Shown: one piece after another, positions 46,067 to 55,078 of the stretch
Layout of the letters: each line of letters begins with the position of its first letter
Numbering within the stretch: the stretch's first letter is position 1
Made by a program: the position numbers and the translations under genes
Notes under the pieces: generated by a model
The model's input: only the letters and a program-made list of their open reading frames with translations
What the model was told of the DNA's origin: nothing
The model's database searches: none
Origin: an uncultured Eubacteriales bacterium
Lineage (GTDB): Bacteria > Bacillota > Clostridia > Lachnospirales > JAISER01
Length of the DNA: 64,000 nt
Direction: 5' to 3'
Assembly (NCBI GenBank): GCA_964500895.1
Contig: CAZCQP010000006.1
Coordinates: 9,211-73,210 of the forward strand

Positions 46067-46094
46067 TTGACAAAATAAAGACTTATGATAAAAT
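46067..46094 (+). promoter_or_regulatory. putative sigma-A promoter of eutV-eutW
   Basis: TTGACA (46067-46072), 16 nt, TAAAAT (46089-46094). Confidence 0.5.
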
Positions 46095-46216
46095 TAAATA
46101 TGACCAGCGTGTAATTTTTATATCAAAGAATTAAAGTATAAAGTGAAAATAAAAAGTGAAAAGTGTACAAATGGTTTAGGAATGAGTGCATATTATCGGT
46201 GGAAAGGAATTATGCG

Positions 46217-46789
46217 ATGTCAGTAAAAGTCGTTATTGCCGAAGATGAGCCGATCATAAAAATGGATATAAGAGAAATCCTTGAAAGCAGAGGGTACGAT
46301 GTGGTGGGGGAAGCATCGGACGGCTATGATGTTGTAGAAATTTGCAGAAGCAAAAAGCCGGACCTTGTAATCATGGATATAAAAATGCCATTGTTTGACG
46401 GCCTGAAGGCCGCAGAAGTCATTAAAAATGAAAAGCTGGCCCGCTGTGTCATGTTGTTGACGGCATATAGTGATAAAGCCATGCTGGAGCAAGCCAAAAA
46501 GGCCAATGTGATGGGATACCTTATCAAGCCGGTGGCCGAAGCATCTTTAGTGCCGGCGATTGAAATTGCCTTGGCCAAACAGGACGAAATAGACGCCATG
46601 GAGCAAGATTATCAGAAAACGAAAGCGGCCCTGGAATCTCGGAAAGTGGTTGAAAAAGCCAAGGGCATTTTAATGAAAAGAGATAATCTTAGTGAAGAAG
46701 AAGCGTATAGTTATTTAAGAAAGGTGGCAATGAGTAAAGCGTGTACTATAGCCGATATTGCCAAGATTATCATAGCATCAGAGCAATAA
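46217..46789 (+). CDS. eutV: ANTAR-domain response regulator (EutV-like)
   Basis: REC domain (VVIAEDEP ... DLVIMDIKMP) plus a C-terminal ANTAR domain (RKVVEKAKGILM ... EEEAYSYLRKVAMS). Confidence 0.92.
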   Translation: MSVKVVIAEDEPIIKMDIREILESRGYDVVGEASDGYDVVEICRSKKPDLVIMDIKMPLFDGLKAAEVIKNEKLARCVMLLTAYSDKAMLEQAKKANVMGYLIKPVAEASLVPAIEIALAKQDEIDAMEQDYQKTKAALESRKVVEKAKGILMKRDNLSEEEAYSYLRKVAMSKACTIADIAKIIIASEQ

Positions 46790-46797
46790 ATAAGCGC

Positions 46798-48189
46798 ATG
46801 ATGATAGAAGTTTGCAGCAAGTATACCCATGCGACCGAAAGTGACATACAGAAGCTATTGCAAGTGGGGGAAAGCTTGCCCATTATTGGTGAGCTTGAAG
46901 GCTGCGATATGTTCATTGATTGTTTTACAAAAGATGCCCGCCATGCTGTAGTGGTGGCCCAATATAACCCGCACACTGCAACATCTTTTTACAGCGATAG
47001 CATTGTGGGGCATTTCATGCATAGGCATAACGAGCCGGGGGTTTTTCGCACGCTGGAAACAGGCGTGCCGTCCCGGGAAGTGAAGGCCATTGTACAGCAG
47101 GACTTTGTGATACGCCAAAACGTTAGCCCCATAAGAAACGATGAGGATAAAATTATTGGCGTGCTCATTATGGAGCGCAACATTATCAATGCGGCCAATT
47201 CTGAAGAGCGCATTCGTTTGCATGAAAAAATGCAAAGGGAACGCATGAGTAGCGATGAAAACGACTTGTTTAGCATCGTGTCCCATATTGACGAAGCCAT
47301 CATTTATTTCAACACCATGGGCACAGCGGTGTTCGCAAATAAAAATGCACAAAAACTATACAAGAACCTTGGTTATAACGACGAAATTGTAGGTATGAGG
47401 TTTGACAATTTGGTTCTTGGAAGTTATACTATAGACGATGTGGTCGAAAAAAAGTACATTGAACATGCAGAGGTAAAAATCGGGAAATATACGCTCACCA
47501 TTGTGCATGCGGCTATTATCGAAGACGACCAATGCATTGGCATTGTCATTCTCATTAATGACAAGACCGACAAAGAGAATAGCCACAAAGAGCTTATCTT
47601 GAAGTCGGCCGCCATTGAAGAGATACACCACAGAGTTAAAAACAACCTACAGACGATTGTCAGCCTAATCCGTCTGCAAGCCAGAAGAAGCGGCCAGGTC
47701 GAAGTCAAAAAAGTGTGCGACTCCATCATCAGCCGGATTTTCAGCATATCCATCACCCATGAGATTTTGTCTGTTAAAGGTGTGGATTCCATCGACGTCA
47801 AGGTGATGCTTTGCCGGATGGCTGAAAACACCAAAAGCTATATGATGGGCGACGGTTTTGATTTAGACATCCATGTGGTTGGCCAGGGTTTTAATGTGCC
47901 GTCTGCTTCGGCCACGGCCATTGCTATGATTGTGAATGAATTGCTTCAAAATTCCGTCAAGCATGGTTTTGTGGGAAGAAGCCGGGGGGAAATTTCCATC
48001 CGCACATCCCAGGGGGATATTTATTCATGCATTGTTGTGGAGGATGATGGTGCCGGGTTTATAGAAGGCGCCAAAAAGGAAGAAAGCCTGGGGTTGAAGC
48101 TGGTGAATAGCCTAATTAAGGACAAGCTGGGCGGTAGTATCATCATTGATACATCCACAAAAGGTACAAAGATAACACTTTTGTTTTAA
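46798..48189 (+). CDS. eutW: sensor histidine kinase (EutW-like)
   Basis: HHRVKNNLQTIVSLIRLQ H-box and a C-terminal HATPase domain. Immediately follows eutV. Confidence 0.88.
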   Translation: MMIEVCSKYTHATESDIQKLLQVGESLPIIGELEGCDMFIDCFTKDARHAVVVAQYNPHTATSFYSDSIVGHFMHRHNEPGVFRTLETGVPSREVKAIVQQDFVIRQNVSPIRNDEDKIIGVLIMERNIINAANSEERIRLHEKMQRERMSSDENDLFSIVSHIDEAIIYFNTMGTAVFANKNAQKLYKNLGYNDEIVGMRFDNLVLGSYTIDDVVEKKYIEHAEVKIGKYTLTIVHAAIIEDDQCIGIVILINDKTDKENSHKELILKSAAIEEIHHRVKNNLQTIVSLIRLQARRSGQVEVKKVCDSIISRIFSISITHEILSVKGVDSIDVKVMLCRMAENTKSYMMGDGFDLDIHVVGQGFNVPSASATAIAMIVNELLQNSVKHGFVGRSRGEISIRTSQGDIYSCIVVEDDGAGFIEGAKKEESLGLKLVNSLIKDKLGGSIIIDTSTKGTKITLLF

Positions 48190-48227
48190 GCTTAAATAAA
48201 TGTTTGCTTTTTTTCAATTTCATACTT

Positions 48228-48267
48228 GATATGCAACGGCGTATATCAATAACGGGCAACGAAGCTC
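48228..48267 (+). promoter_or_regulatory. ANTAR target: two tandem hexaloop hairpins
   Basis: P1 is GATATGC-AACGGC-GTATATC (48228-48247). P2 is GGGC-AACGAA-GCTC (48254-48267). Both loops have A at position 1 and G at position 4, and the P2 3' arm overlaps the terminator's 5' arm. Confidence 0.8.
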
Positions 48268-48305
48268 AAAGAATCCCTATAAGGGTTTTTTTGAGCTTTT
48301 TTATT
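48262..48305 (+). terminator. intrinsic terminator controlled by the ANTAR leader
   Basis: AAGCTCAAA ... TTTGAGCTT long stem with an inner CCCT/AGGG helix, followed by TTTTTTATTTT. Confidence 0.8.
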
Positions 48306-48370
48306 TTGGTTATAGTGCCCCTATAGCAGATGGCTATAGGCTATAAACATACAAAAGGAAGGGTTGAAAA

Positions 48371-49738
48371 ATGAAACTGAAAACAGCTTTACATGGCAAT
48401 GTTTTTCAATTCAATAGCTTAAAAGAAGTTTTCGGAAAAGCAAACGAAGAAAAATCTGCGGATATGATTATGGGGATTGGTGCCCGCTCTGTGTCTGAAA
48501 GGGTCGCCGCCAAAGTGGTGCTTAGCGAACTGACGCTGGAGCAAATACGCAACAATCCGCTCATTCCGTATGAAAGCGATGAAGTAACAAGGGTTATCGA
48601 GGATGGCATCAATGAAACCATCTACAAAAGCATCAAGTCTAAAACCGTGGGGGAACTTAGAAATTATATTCTCGACCACAAGACCACCAACAAAGACTTG
48701 GACTGCCTGCGCCAAGGCCTGAACGCCGAAATGATTGCGGCCGTGACCAAGCTGATGAGCAACATGGACTTGGTGTACGGTGCCAGAAAAATGCGTAACA
48801 GCGCCAAATGCAAATATGATATTGGCCTGGAAGGCACATTATCATTCCGTTTGCAGCCCAACCACCCCATGGACAACCCCAAAGGTATTCTGGCATCCAT
48901 AATGGAAGGCTTGAGCTATGGCAGCGGCGACGCCGTGCTTGGTGTAAACCCTGTGGAAGACAATGTGGAAGGCACAACCCGCATCATGAACACACTGTAC
49001 GACTTCATGTTAAAGTGGGACATTCCAACCCACACCTGCGTGCTGTCCCACATTACAACGCAAATGGAGGCTGTTAAAAAGGGCGCACCGGTTTCCATGT
49101 TGTTTCAAAGCGTGGCAGGCACGCAACCGGCTAACGAAGGTTTTGGTGTGAATGAAGCCATTTTAAACGAAGCCTTCGAGATTATTAAAAAGCACGGCAT
49201 TGCACCCGGGCCGAACCTGATGTATTTTGAAACCGGCCAAGGTTCTGAATGCAGCCTGGATGCCGACCTGGGCGTAGACGAAATGACCCTGGAGGCAAGA
49301 ACATACGGCTACATTAAAAAGTATGCACCGTTTATGGTGAACAATGTATCAGGCTTTATTGGGCCAGAAACCTTGTATGACGGCAAGCAGATGATTCGTG
49401 CCAACTTGGAAGATCACTTTATGGGCAAGCTCACCGGTCTGCCCATGGGAATGGCACCTTGCTACACCAACCACACGGGCATTGACCAAGGCGACCAGGA
49501 AATTGCAACCATGCTCTTGGCTATGGCTGGGTCTAATTACTACATGGGCGTGGCCTGTGGCGACGACGTGATGTTGAGCTATCAGGACACCAGCTTCCAC
49601 GATGACGCCACATTGCGGGAACTTTTAAACCTTAAACCCGCCAAAGAATTTTTTGAATGGACAATCAAAATGGGCATTCTGGATGAAAATGGCCGTTTAG
49701 GTGAAAGAGCGGGCGATGCATCCATCTTTTTAAAATAA
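48371..49738 (+). CDS. ethanolamine ammonia-lyase large-subunit paralog, divergent (EutB')
   Basis: 455 aa, collinear with EutB (MKLKTALHGN ..., RLQPN, GVNPV, YFETGQGS). It reads GLPMGMAPCYTNH where the canonical copy has GISMGCDACYTNH. Confidence 0.9.
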   Translation: MKLKTALHGNVFQFNSLKEVFGKANEEKSADMIMGIGARSVSERVAAKVVLSELTLEQIRNNPLIPYESDEVTRVIEDGINETIYKSIKSKTVGELRNYILDHKTTNKDLDCLRQGLNAEMIAAVTKLMSNMDLVYGARKMRNSAKCKYDIGLEGTLSFRLQPNHPMDNPKGILASIMEGLSYGSGDAVLGVNPVEDNVEGTTRIMNTLYDFMLKWDIPTHTCVLSHITTQMEAVKKGAPVSMLFQSVAGTQPANEGFGVNEAILNEAFEIIKKHGIAPGPNLMYFETGQGSECSLDADLGVDEMTLEARTYGYIKKYAPFMVNNVSGFIGPETLYDGKQMIRANLEDHFMGKLTGLPMGMAPCYTNHTGIDQGDQEIATMLLAMAGSNYYMGVACGDDVMLSYQDTSFHDDATLRELLNLKPAKEFFEWTIKMGILDENGRLGERAGDASIFLK

Positions 49739-49758
49739 ATATGGAGGGGTGAAAGTCG

Positions 49759-50646
49759 GTGGATAAAGCAAGCTTGGAAAGCGTGATCAGAGGTGTCATT
49801 CAAGAAATGACAAAAGAAAACGCTGGACAGTTACAACGCAATGAACCGTGTGGTCAATTAGGCGCAGCCGATTGCGGCTGTGATGGGGCTGTGGAAGACA
49901 TTACAACCGTTCAGCTGAACCAGGTGCTGAACGTGCCAAACCCGGAAAACAGAGAAGCCTATATGGAACTGAAACAGGCCACCCCGGCCAGGCTGGGCGT
50001 TTGGAGAGCAGGCCCCCGCCTGACCACCAGCACCCTGCTACGTTTCCGGGCAGACCATGCGGCAGCCATGGACGCTGTGTTTAGCGAAGTGGACGAAGCG
50101 TTGCTTACACGTAACAACCTGTTTACCGTACATACCACGTCGAAAGACAAAGTGCAGTTTTTGTCGAACCCGGCCACGGGCAGGTGTTTTGATGAAGCAA
50201 ACACGCAAATCATTAAAGAAAAGTGTGTCCATGCACCTCAAGTGCAAATTATCGTGGCGGATGGGTTAAGCTCCACGTCCATAGAAGCAAACATCGAGGA
50301 CATGATTCCGTCACTGGTGCAGGGCTTAAAAGGCCATGGGCTAACCATGGGCACACCGTTCTTTATTAAGCATGGACGGGTAGGGGCCATGGACGCCGTG
50401 ACGGAAGCATTAGATGCTGAGGTCACCGTGTTGCTCATTGGTGAAAGGCCGGGCTTGGTAACCGGCGAAAGCATGAGCTGCTATATGACGTACAAAGGGC
50501 GCGTAGGCATGGCCGAATCTATGCGCACGGTGGTGTCCAACATTTACAAAAACGGCACACCGCCCACCGAAGCAGGCGCTCACGTTGCAGACATTGTGAA
50601 GCTTATGATTGAGCGCAAGGCCAGCGGGCTAGATTTAAAGCTGTAG
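49759..50646 (+). CDS. ethanolamine ammonia-lyase small-subunit paralog (EutC')
   Basis: GTG start. [20 protein letters not shown] and LIGERPGL motifs. N-terminal amphipathic helix SLESVIRGVIQEM. Confidence 0.9.
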   Translation: MDKASLESVIRGVIQEMTKENAGQLQRNEPCGQLGAADCGCDGAVEDITTVQLNQVLNVPNPENREAYMELKQATPARLGVWRAGPRLTTSTLLRFRADHAAAMDAVFSEVDEALLTRNNLFTVHTTSKDKVQFLSNPATGRCFDEANTQIIKEKCVHAPQVQIIVADGLSSTSIEANIEDMIPSLVQGLKGHGLTMGTPFFIKHGRVGAMDAVTEALDAEVTVLLIGERPGLVTGESMSCYMTYKGRVGMAESMRTVVSNIYKNGTPPTEAGAHVADIVKLMIERKASGLDLKL

Positions 50647-50687
50647 TACATACAGCTAAAAATAGTAAAGAAGAGGAAGGTGTCTGT

Positions 50688-51341
50688 ATGACCAACGATG
50701 CATTAAAAAGTAGCGTATTAAGCGCAAGAATTATTCCAAATGTGAATGAAGACATGGTAAAGGAATTCAACCTGCCTGCAGGGCACCGCAGCATTGGCAT
50801 GTTTACGGCCGACTGCGATGATGTGTCCTACACGGCTATGGACGAAGCCACCAAGCGGGTGGACGTTAAAGTGGTGTATGGCAAAAGCTTTTACGGCGGT
50901 GCGGCCAACGCCAACACCAAGCTGGCCGGTGAAGTGATTGGTATCATTTCCGGTGCAAGCCCCGCAGAAGTAAAAAGCGGCTTAGATGCCATCGTGGACG
51001 TGGTGGAAAACGAAGCCCATTTCATTAGCGCCAACGAAGACGACAGTGTGGTTTATTACGCACAGTGTATTTCCAGAACAGGCTCCTATTTGTCTCAAGT
51101 GGCCAACATTCCAGAAGGACAACCTTTGGCCTATCTCATCGCCCCTCCATTGGAAGCCATGTATGGGCTGGATGCGGCACTGAAGGCGGCAGATGTGACC
51201 ATGGTGGCATTTTATGGCCCGCCATCTGAAACAAACTTTGGCGGCGGCTTGCTGACGGGAAGTCAATCAGCCTGTAAAGCCGCATGTGATGCGTTTGCAG
51301 ACGCTGTAAAGGCCGTTGCCGCGAACCCAACTAAATATTAA
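50688..51341 (+). CDS. eutL: BMC-T shell protein EutL
   Basis: 217 aa. SARIIPNVNEDMVKEFNLP ... IGMFTADCDDVSYTAMDEATK. Confidence 0.92.
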   Translation: MTNDALKSSVLSARIIPNVNEDMVKEFNLPAGHRSIGMFTADCDDVSYTAMDEATKRVDVKVVYGKSFYGGAANANTKLAGEVIGIISGASPAEVKSGLDAIVDVVENEAHFISANEDDSVVYYAQCISRTGSYLSQVANIPEGQPLAYLIAPPLEAMYGLDAALKAADVTMVAFYGPPSETNFGGGLLTGSQSACKAACDAFADAVKAVAANPTKY

Positions 51342-51354
51342 GAGGTGATTCGCC

Positions 51355-51966
51355 ATGCAGGCAATCGGTATGATTGAAACCAAAGGCTTGACGGCTTCCA
51401 TTGAAGCGCTGGATGCGATGGTGAAATCAGCCAATGTTAAATTGGTGACTAAGCAAAATATAGGCGGTGCCCTGATAACCGTTGTTGTAGAAGGCGATGT
51501 GGGTGCGGTGAAAGCGGCTGTAGATGCGGGCGTATCTGCGGCACAGAAGGTGGGAACGGTTGTTTCCGCACATGTCATTCCCCGGTGCAGCCAGGACGTT
51601 GGCATGGTTTTGCTGGGTGCGGCCCAGGAAAATGTGCAGGATAGCGTGCAGGAAAGCATAGCCCCCGTACAGCCCGTTGCGGACAATGCGCCAGAGGAGA
51701 CCGCCTGCCCAGATGAACCACAGATGCCGGAAGAAGAACAGACCTTACCGGAAGAGCCAGAAGAACCGGTTGAACAGGAAGAAGCAAAGCTTGCACCGGC
51801 CTTACCTGTAAAAACAAGAGAAGAACTGAACGGCATGAAGTTAGCCGAACTGCGGCAACTGGCCAGACAGCTTCCCATCCAAGGTTTGAAATATCAGGAG
51901 ATTAAGCTTCTGAACCAGGAAACCTTAATAGAACATATTTTAAAGTGCTACGAAGCACAACAATAA
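51355..51966 (+). CDS. BMC-H shell protein with an acidic Pro/Glu linker and a C-terminal helix-extended-helix (Rho_N/SAP-like) module (EutK-like)
   Basis: N-terminal BMC domain ([26 protein letters not shown]), an approximately 65-aa P/E/Q-rich linker, then [39 protein letters not shown]. Confidence 0.8.
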   Translation: MQAIGMIETKGLTASIEALDAMVKSANVKLVTKQNIGGALITVVVEGDVGAVKAAVDAGVSAAQKVGTVVSAHVIPRCSQDVGMVLLGAAQENVQDSVQESIAPVQPVADNAPEETACPDEPQMPEEEQTLPEEPEEPVEQEEAKLAPALPVKTREELNGMKLAELRQLARQLPIQGLKYQEIKLLNQETLIEHILKCYEAQQ

Positions 51967-51988
51967 TCTTATACATGGAGGTATACAT

Positions 51989-52282
51989 ATGTCTATAACA
52001 AATGCATTAGGTTTGGTTGAAACAAAAGGGCTGGTAGGCGCCATTGAAGCAGCCGATGCCATGGTTAAAGCAGCCAATGTAACACTGGTTGGCAAAGAAA
52101 AAATCGGCAGCGGTTTAGTGACCGTCATGATTAGAGGCGACGTTGGTGCAGTCAAGGCAGCTACCGATGCTGGTGCAGCTGCTGCGGCAAGAATTAGCGA
52201 AGTGGTATCTGTACACGTTATTCCACGGCCCCACGGCGAAGTGGAGATGATTTTACCGAAAAGCTTGGTAATCACTGAATAA
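51989..52282 (+). CDS. eutM: BMC-H shell protein EutM/PduA type
   Basis: 97 aa. [26 protein letters not shown] ... VHVIPRPH. Confidence 0.94.
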   Translation: MSITNALGLVETKGLVGAIEAADAMVKAANVTLVGKEKIGSGLVTVMIRGDVGAVKAATDAGAAAAARISEVVSVHVIPRPHGEVEMILPKSLVITE

Positions 52283-52312
52283 TAAAAGCCCATCTGGAAA
52301 GGTTGTGGCAGC

Positions 52313-53143
52313 ATGTTTTGTGCTGAACGGGTGGATGCGTTTATAGGCAGCGTGGAGCAGTCGTTAACCGTAAACGGTGCATTTCAAAGCCCAGATGAAC
52401 TGATGGTGGGCGTGGATTTAGGCACGGCATACATTGTGGTGGTGGTTTTAAACGGGCAAGGCCAGCCTGTGGCCTGTGAATTGGCATTTTCGCAAGTGCT
52501 GAAAGACGGGTTGGTGGTTGACTACATCGGTGCGGTGAACACCGTCCGGCAACTAAAGGCCAAGCTTGAAAACAGGTTAGGCGTTGCTCTAACAAAGGCA
52601 GCCATTGCAGTGCCGCCGGGCACTTCCCCTGGCGACCAGCGCACCCATGTAAATGTGGTGGAAGCTTGCGAAATGGATGTGACCGCCATTGTTGAAGAAC
52701 CCACAGCGGCCAATGCTGTCTTAAACATTCAGCAAGGCGTTATCGTGGACATTGGCGGCGGCACCACGGGGCTTTCAGTGCTGGACGGCGGAAAAGTTAT
52801 CTATACGGCAGACGAAGCAACCGGCGGAACCCACCTGAGCCTGGTTTTGTCCGGCCGGTATAAAGTGTCTTTTGAAGAAGCGGAAAGCTTAAAAAAAGAT
52901 GCCAGACGCCAAAAAGAAGTGCTACTGGCTGTAACCCCGGTTATTCAGAAAATGTGCGCCATTGTGCGGGACAACATCCAGCGCTTTAACGTGGAGGATG
53001 TGTATCTGGTGGGAGGCACGTGCTGTTTAAAAGGCGTAGAGGACATTTTCTCAAAAGAACTGGGCATCCGGGTGTACAAACCGGCCAATCCGTTTTTGGT
53101 GACGCCCACAGGCATTGCTTTATGCTGCCGGGGCGAAGATTAA
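52313..53143 (+). CDS. eutJ: ethanolamine utilization protein EutJ (actin/Hsp70-fold chaperone-like)
   Basis: VGVDLGTAYIV ... VDIGGGTTGLSV ... ATGGTHLS. Confidence 0.9.
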   Translation: MFCAERVDAFIGSVEQSLTVNGAFQSPDELMVGVDLGTAYIVVVVLNGQGQPVACELAFSQVLKDGLVVDYIGAVNTVRQLKAKLENRLGVALTKAAIAVPPGTSPGDQRTHVNVVEACEMDVTAIVEEPTAANAVLNIQQGVIVDIGGGTTGLSVLDGGKVIYTADEATGGTHLSLVLSGRYKVSFEEAESLKKDARRQKEVLLAVTPVIQKMCAIVRDNIQRFNVEDVYLVGGTCCLKGVEDIFSKELGIRVYKPANPFLVTPTGIALCCRGED

Positions 53144-53185
53144 GTTATGGCAGATGGTGCACATTCAGCCATAGGGAGGCTTTAC

Positions 53186-53455
53186 ATGATTATTGGCAAA
53201 GTGATAGGCAATGTGTGGGCCACCAGCAAAAGCAAGGGGTTGGAGGGCATGAAGCTGATGGTTGTGGAACCGTACGGCTATGACGGCCATCCGAAACAAT
53301 ACCCCATTGTTGCAGCAGACAGCATTGGCGCAGGCATTGGCGAAACGGTGCTTGTGGTTTCCGGCAGTTCTGCCCGGTGTGTGGCCGAAAACAAAGATAT
53401 TCCGGTGGACAGTATGATTGTGGGGATTATTGACGCAATAGACTTGCAACAGTAA
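53186..53455 (+). CDS. eutN: BMC-P vertex protein EutN/CcmL
   Basis: MIIGKVIGNVWATSK ... LVVSGSSAR. GGGAGG SD before the ATG at 53186. Confidence 0.9.
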   Translation: MIIGKVIGNVWATSKSKGLEGMKLMVVEPYGYDGHPKQYPIVAADSIGAGIGETVLVVSGSSARCVAENKDIPVDSMIVGIIDAIDLQQ

Positions 53456-53503
53456 AAGCATGATTATGCACACAAAAATTAATTCAGGAAAAGGAGCGGC
53501 AGC

Positions 53504-54592
53504 ATGGGAATAAGCGATATTATTATATACATTATGTTGTTTTTCATGGTTGTTGGTATTGTTGACAAGTTGGTTTTTAAAAGCAAATGGGGTTATGGAA
53601 CCCAATTTGAAGAAGGCGTGCAGGCCATGGGTGCGCTGGCATTGGCTATGGTTGGTATCATGTGCTTTGCACCCGTTTTGGGCAATGTACTGACACCGAT
53701 TATCAGCCCATTATATGCCATAATCGGTGCAGACCCGGCCATGGTAGCCGGCTCGCTGCTGGCCATTGACATGGGTGGGTACCCGTTGGCCAAAGTTATG
53801 ACGGAAAATGCACAAATCCATAACCTTTCAGGTATTTACTTGGGCGCTATGATGGGTGCTACCGTTGTGTTTTCTATTCCGGTTTCGCTGGGCATCATTC
53901 AAGATTCGGACAAGCCTTTTCTTGCAAAAGGTATGTTGGCAGGTTTTATAGCCATTCCCTTCGGCGCATTTGCATCGGGCATTGCGGACGGCATTGGCAT
54001 GGGCATTTTGTTGGTGAATCTGATTCCTTCCATCGTTTTAGCAGGTTTGTTTGCACTTGGGCTTTTCTTCATTCCAGAAACTATGCTGAAAGGGTTTAAC
54101 ATTTTTTCAGTGGCCATTACGGTGTTAATTACCGTTTGCTTTGGCGCTGCCATTATTGAAGCGCTGTCAGGCATTGTCATCATTCCCGGTATGGACCCCA
54201 TTGGCCCGCAGCTTGAAGTGGTGGGAATCATCGCCATTACGCTGGCCGGTGCGTACCCGCTGGTGCATTTCATTACAAAAGTGTTTAGTAAACCGCTGAT
54301 GGTGCTGGGCAAGCTGATGGGTGTAAACGATGTGACAGCGGCGGGCATGATTGCCACGCTGGCCAACAACATCCCCATGTTCGGCATGATGAAAGACATG
54401 GACAACAAAGGCAAAGTGCTTTCTGTGGCATTTTCCGTGTGTGCAGCGTTTACATTCGGTGACCATTTGGGTTACGCTTCGGCCCAAGACCCTAAAGTCA
54501 TTATGCCCATGATTGCCGGCAAGTTGGTTGGCGGTGTGGTTGCTATCATTATCGCAAGCCTGTTTGTGGGCAAAGAGCATAAAGCAAGCTAG
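53504..54592 (+). CDS. eutH: ethanolamine permease/facilitator EutH
   Basis: 362-aa polytopic membrane protein. GADPAMVAGSLLAIDMGGYPLA. Confidence 0.88.
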   Translation: MGISDIIIYIMLFFMVVGIVDKLVFKSKWGYGTQFEEGVQAMGALALAMVGIMCFAPVLGNVLTPIISPLYAIIGADPAMVAGSLLAIDMGGYPLAKVMTENAQIHNLSGIYLGAMMGATVVFSIPVSLGIIQDSDKPFLAKGMLAGFIAIPFGAFASGIADGIGMGILLVNLIPSIVLAGLFALGLFFIPETMLKGFNIFSVAITVLITVCFGAAIIEALSGIVIIPGMDPIGPQLEVVGIIAITLAGAYPLVHFITKVFSKPLMVLGKLMGVNDVTAAGMIATLANNIPMFGMMKDMDNKGKVLSVAFSVCAAFTFGDHLGYASAQDPKVIMPMIAGKLVGGVVAIIIASLFVGKEHKAS

Positions 54593-54606
54593 GAGGAAGA
54601 TCTTTC

Positions 54607-55065
54607 ATGGAAATTGATGCAAAGTTAATCGAATCAATGATACGCAAGGTGTTACAAGAAGAAGCAGCAAAAAACGCAGACCCAGGGCTGGCAGGGCTTC
54701 GCCGTGTGGACAGCTCCGGCGTGATGGCGGTGAACACCAATAAAGTGGTGTGTGAAAAGTTTCCTTTCCCAATCCCCAGCCAGGACGTTTATTTAAAAGA
54801 CATTATGACTGTGGAAGAAAGCCCTCGTTTGGGCTGCGGTATGATGGAAATGAAAAACGGCGCAAGCTTCGACTGGACGCTGAAATATGACGAAGTGGAC
54901 TATGTGATTGAAGGCACGCTGGAAATCATCATAGACGGCCGCAAAGTAAGCGCTAGCGCAGGAGAAGTGCTTTTTATCCCCAAAAACTCCAGCATTACTT
55001 TCAGTACGCCAGACCAGGCACGGTTCTTATACGTGGTATACCCCGCCAACTGGTCCGAGCAATAG
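54607..55065 (+). CDS. eutQ: cupin-fold EutQ
   Basis: 152 aa. C-terminal cupin (DEVDYVIEGTLEIIIDGRK) and an N-terminal amphipathic helix LIESMIRKVLQEE. Confidence 0.85.
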   Translation: MEIDAKLIESMIRKVLQEEAAKNADPGLAGLRRVDSSGVMAVNTNKVVCEKFPFPIPSQDVYLKDIMTVEESPRLGCGMMEMKNGASFDWTLKYDEVDYVIEGTLEIIIDGRKVSASAGEVLFIPKNSSITFSTPDQARFLYVVYPANWSEQ

Positions 55066-55078
55066 GAGATGGCTTTCA

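Noticed and set aside
51267-51878. 203-aa minus-strand ORF antisense to the EutK-like shell gene
   Set aside because: The translation is Ser/Cys/Ala/Thr-rich and low-complexity with no motifs. It mirrors the Pro/Glu-rich linker of a well-supported + strand gene.
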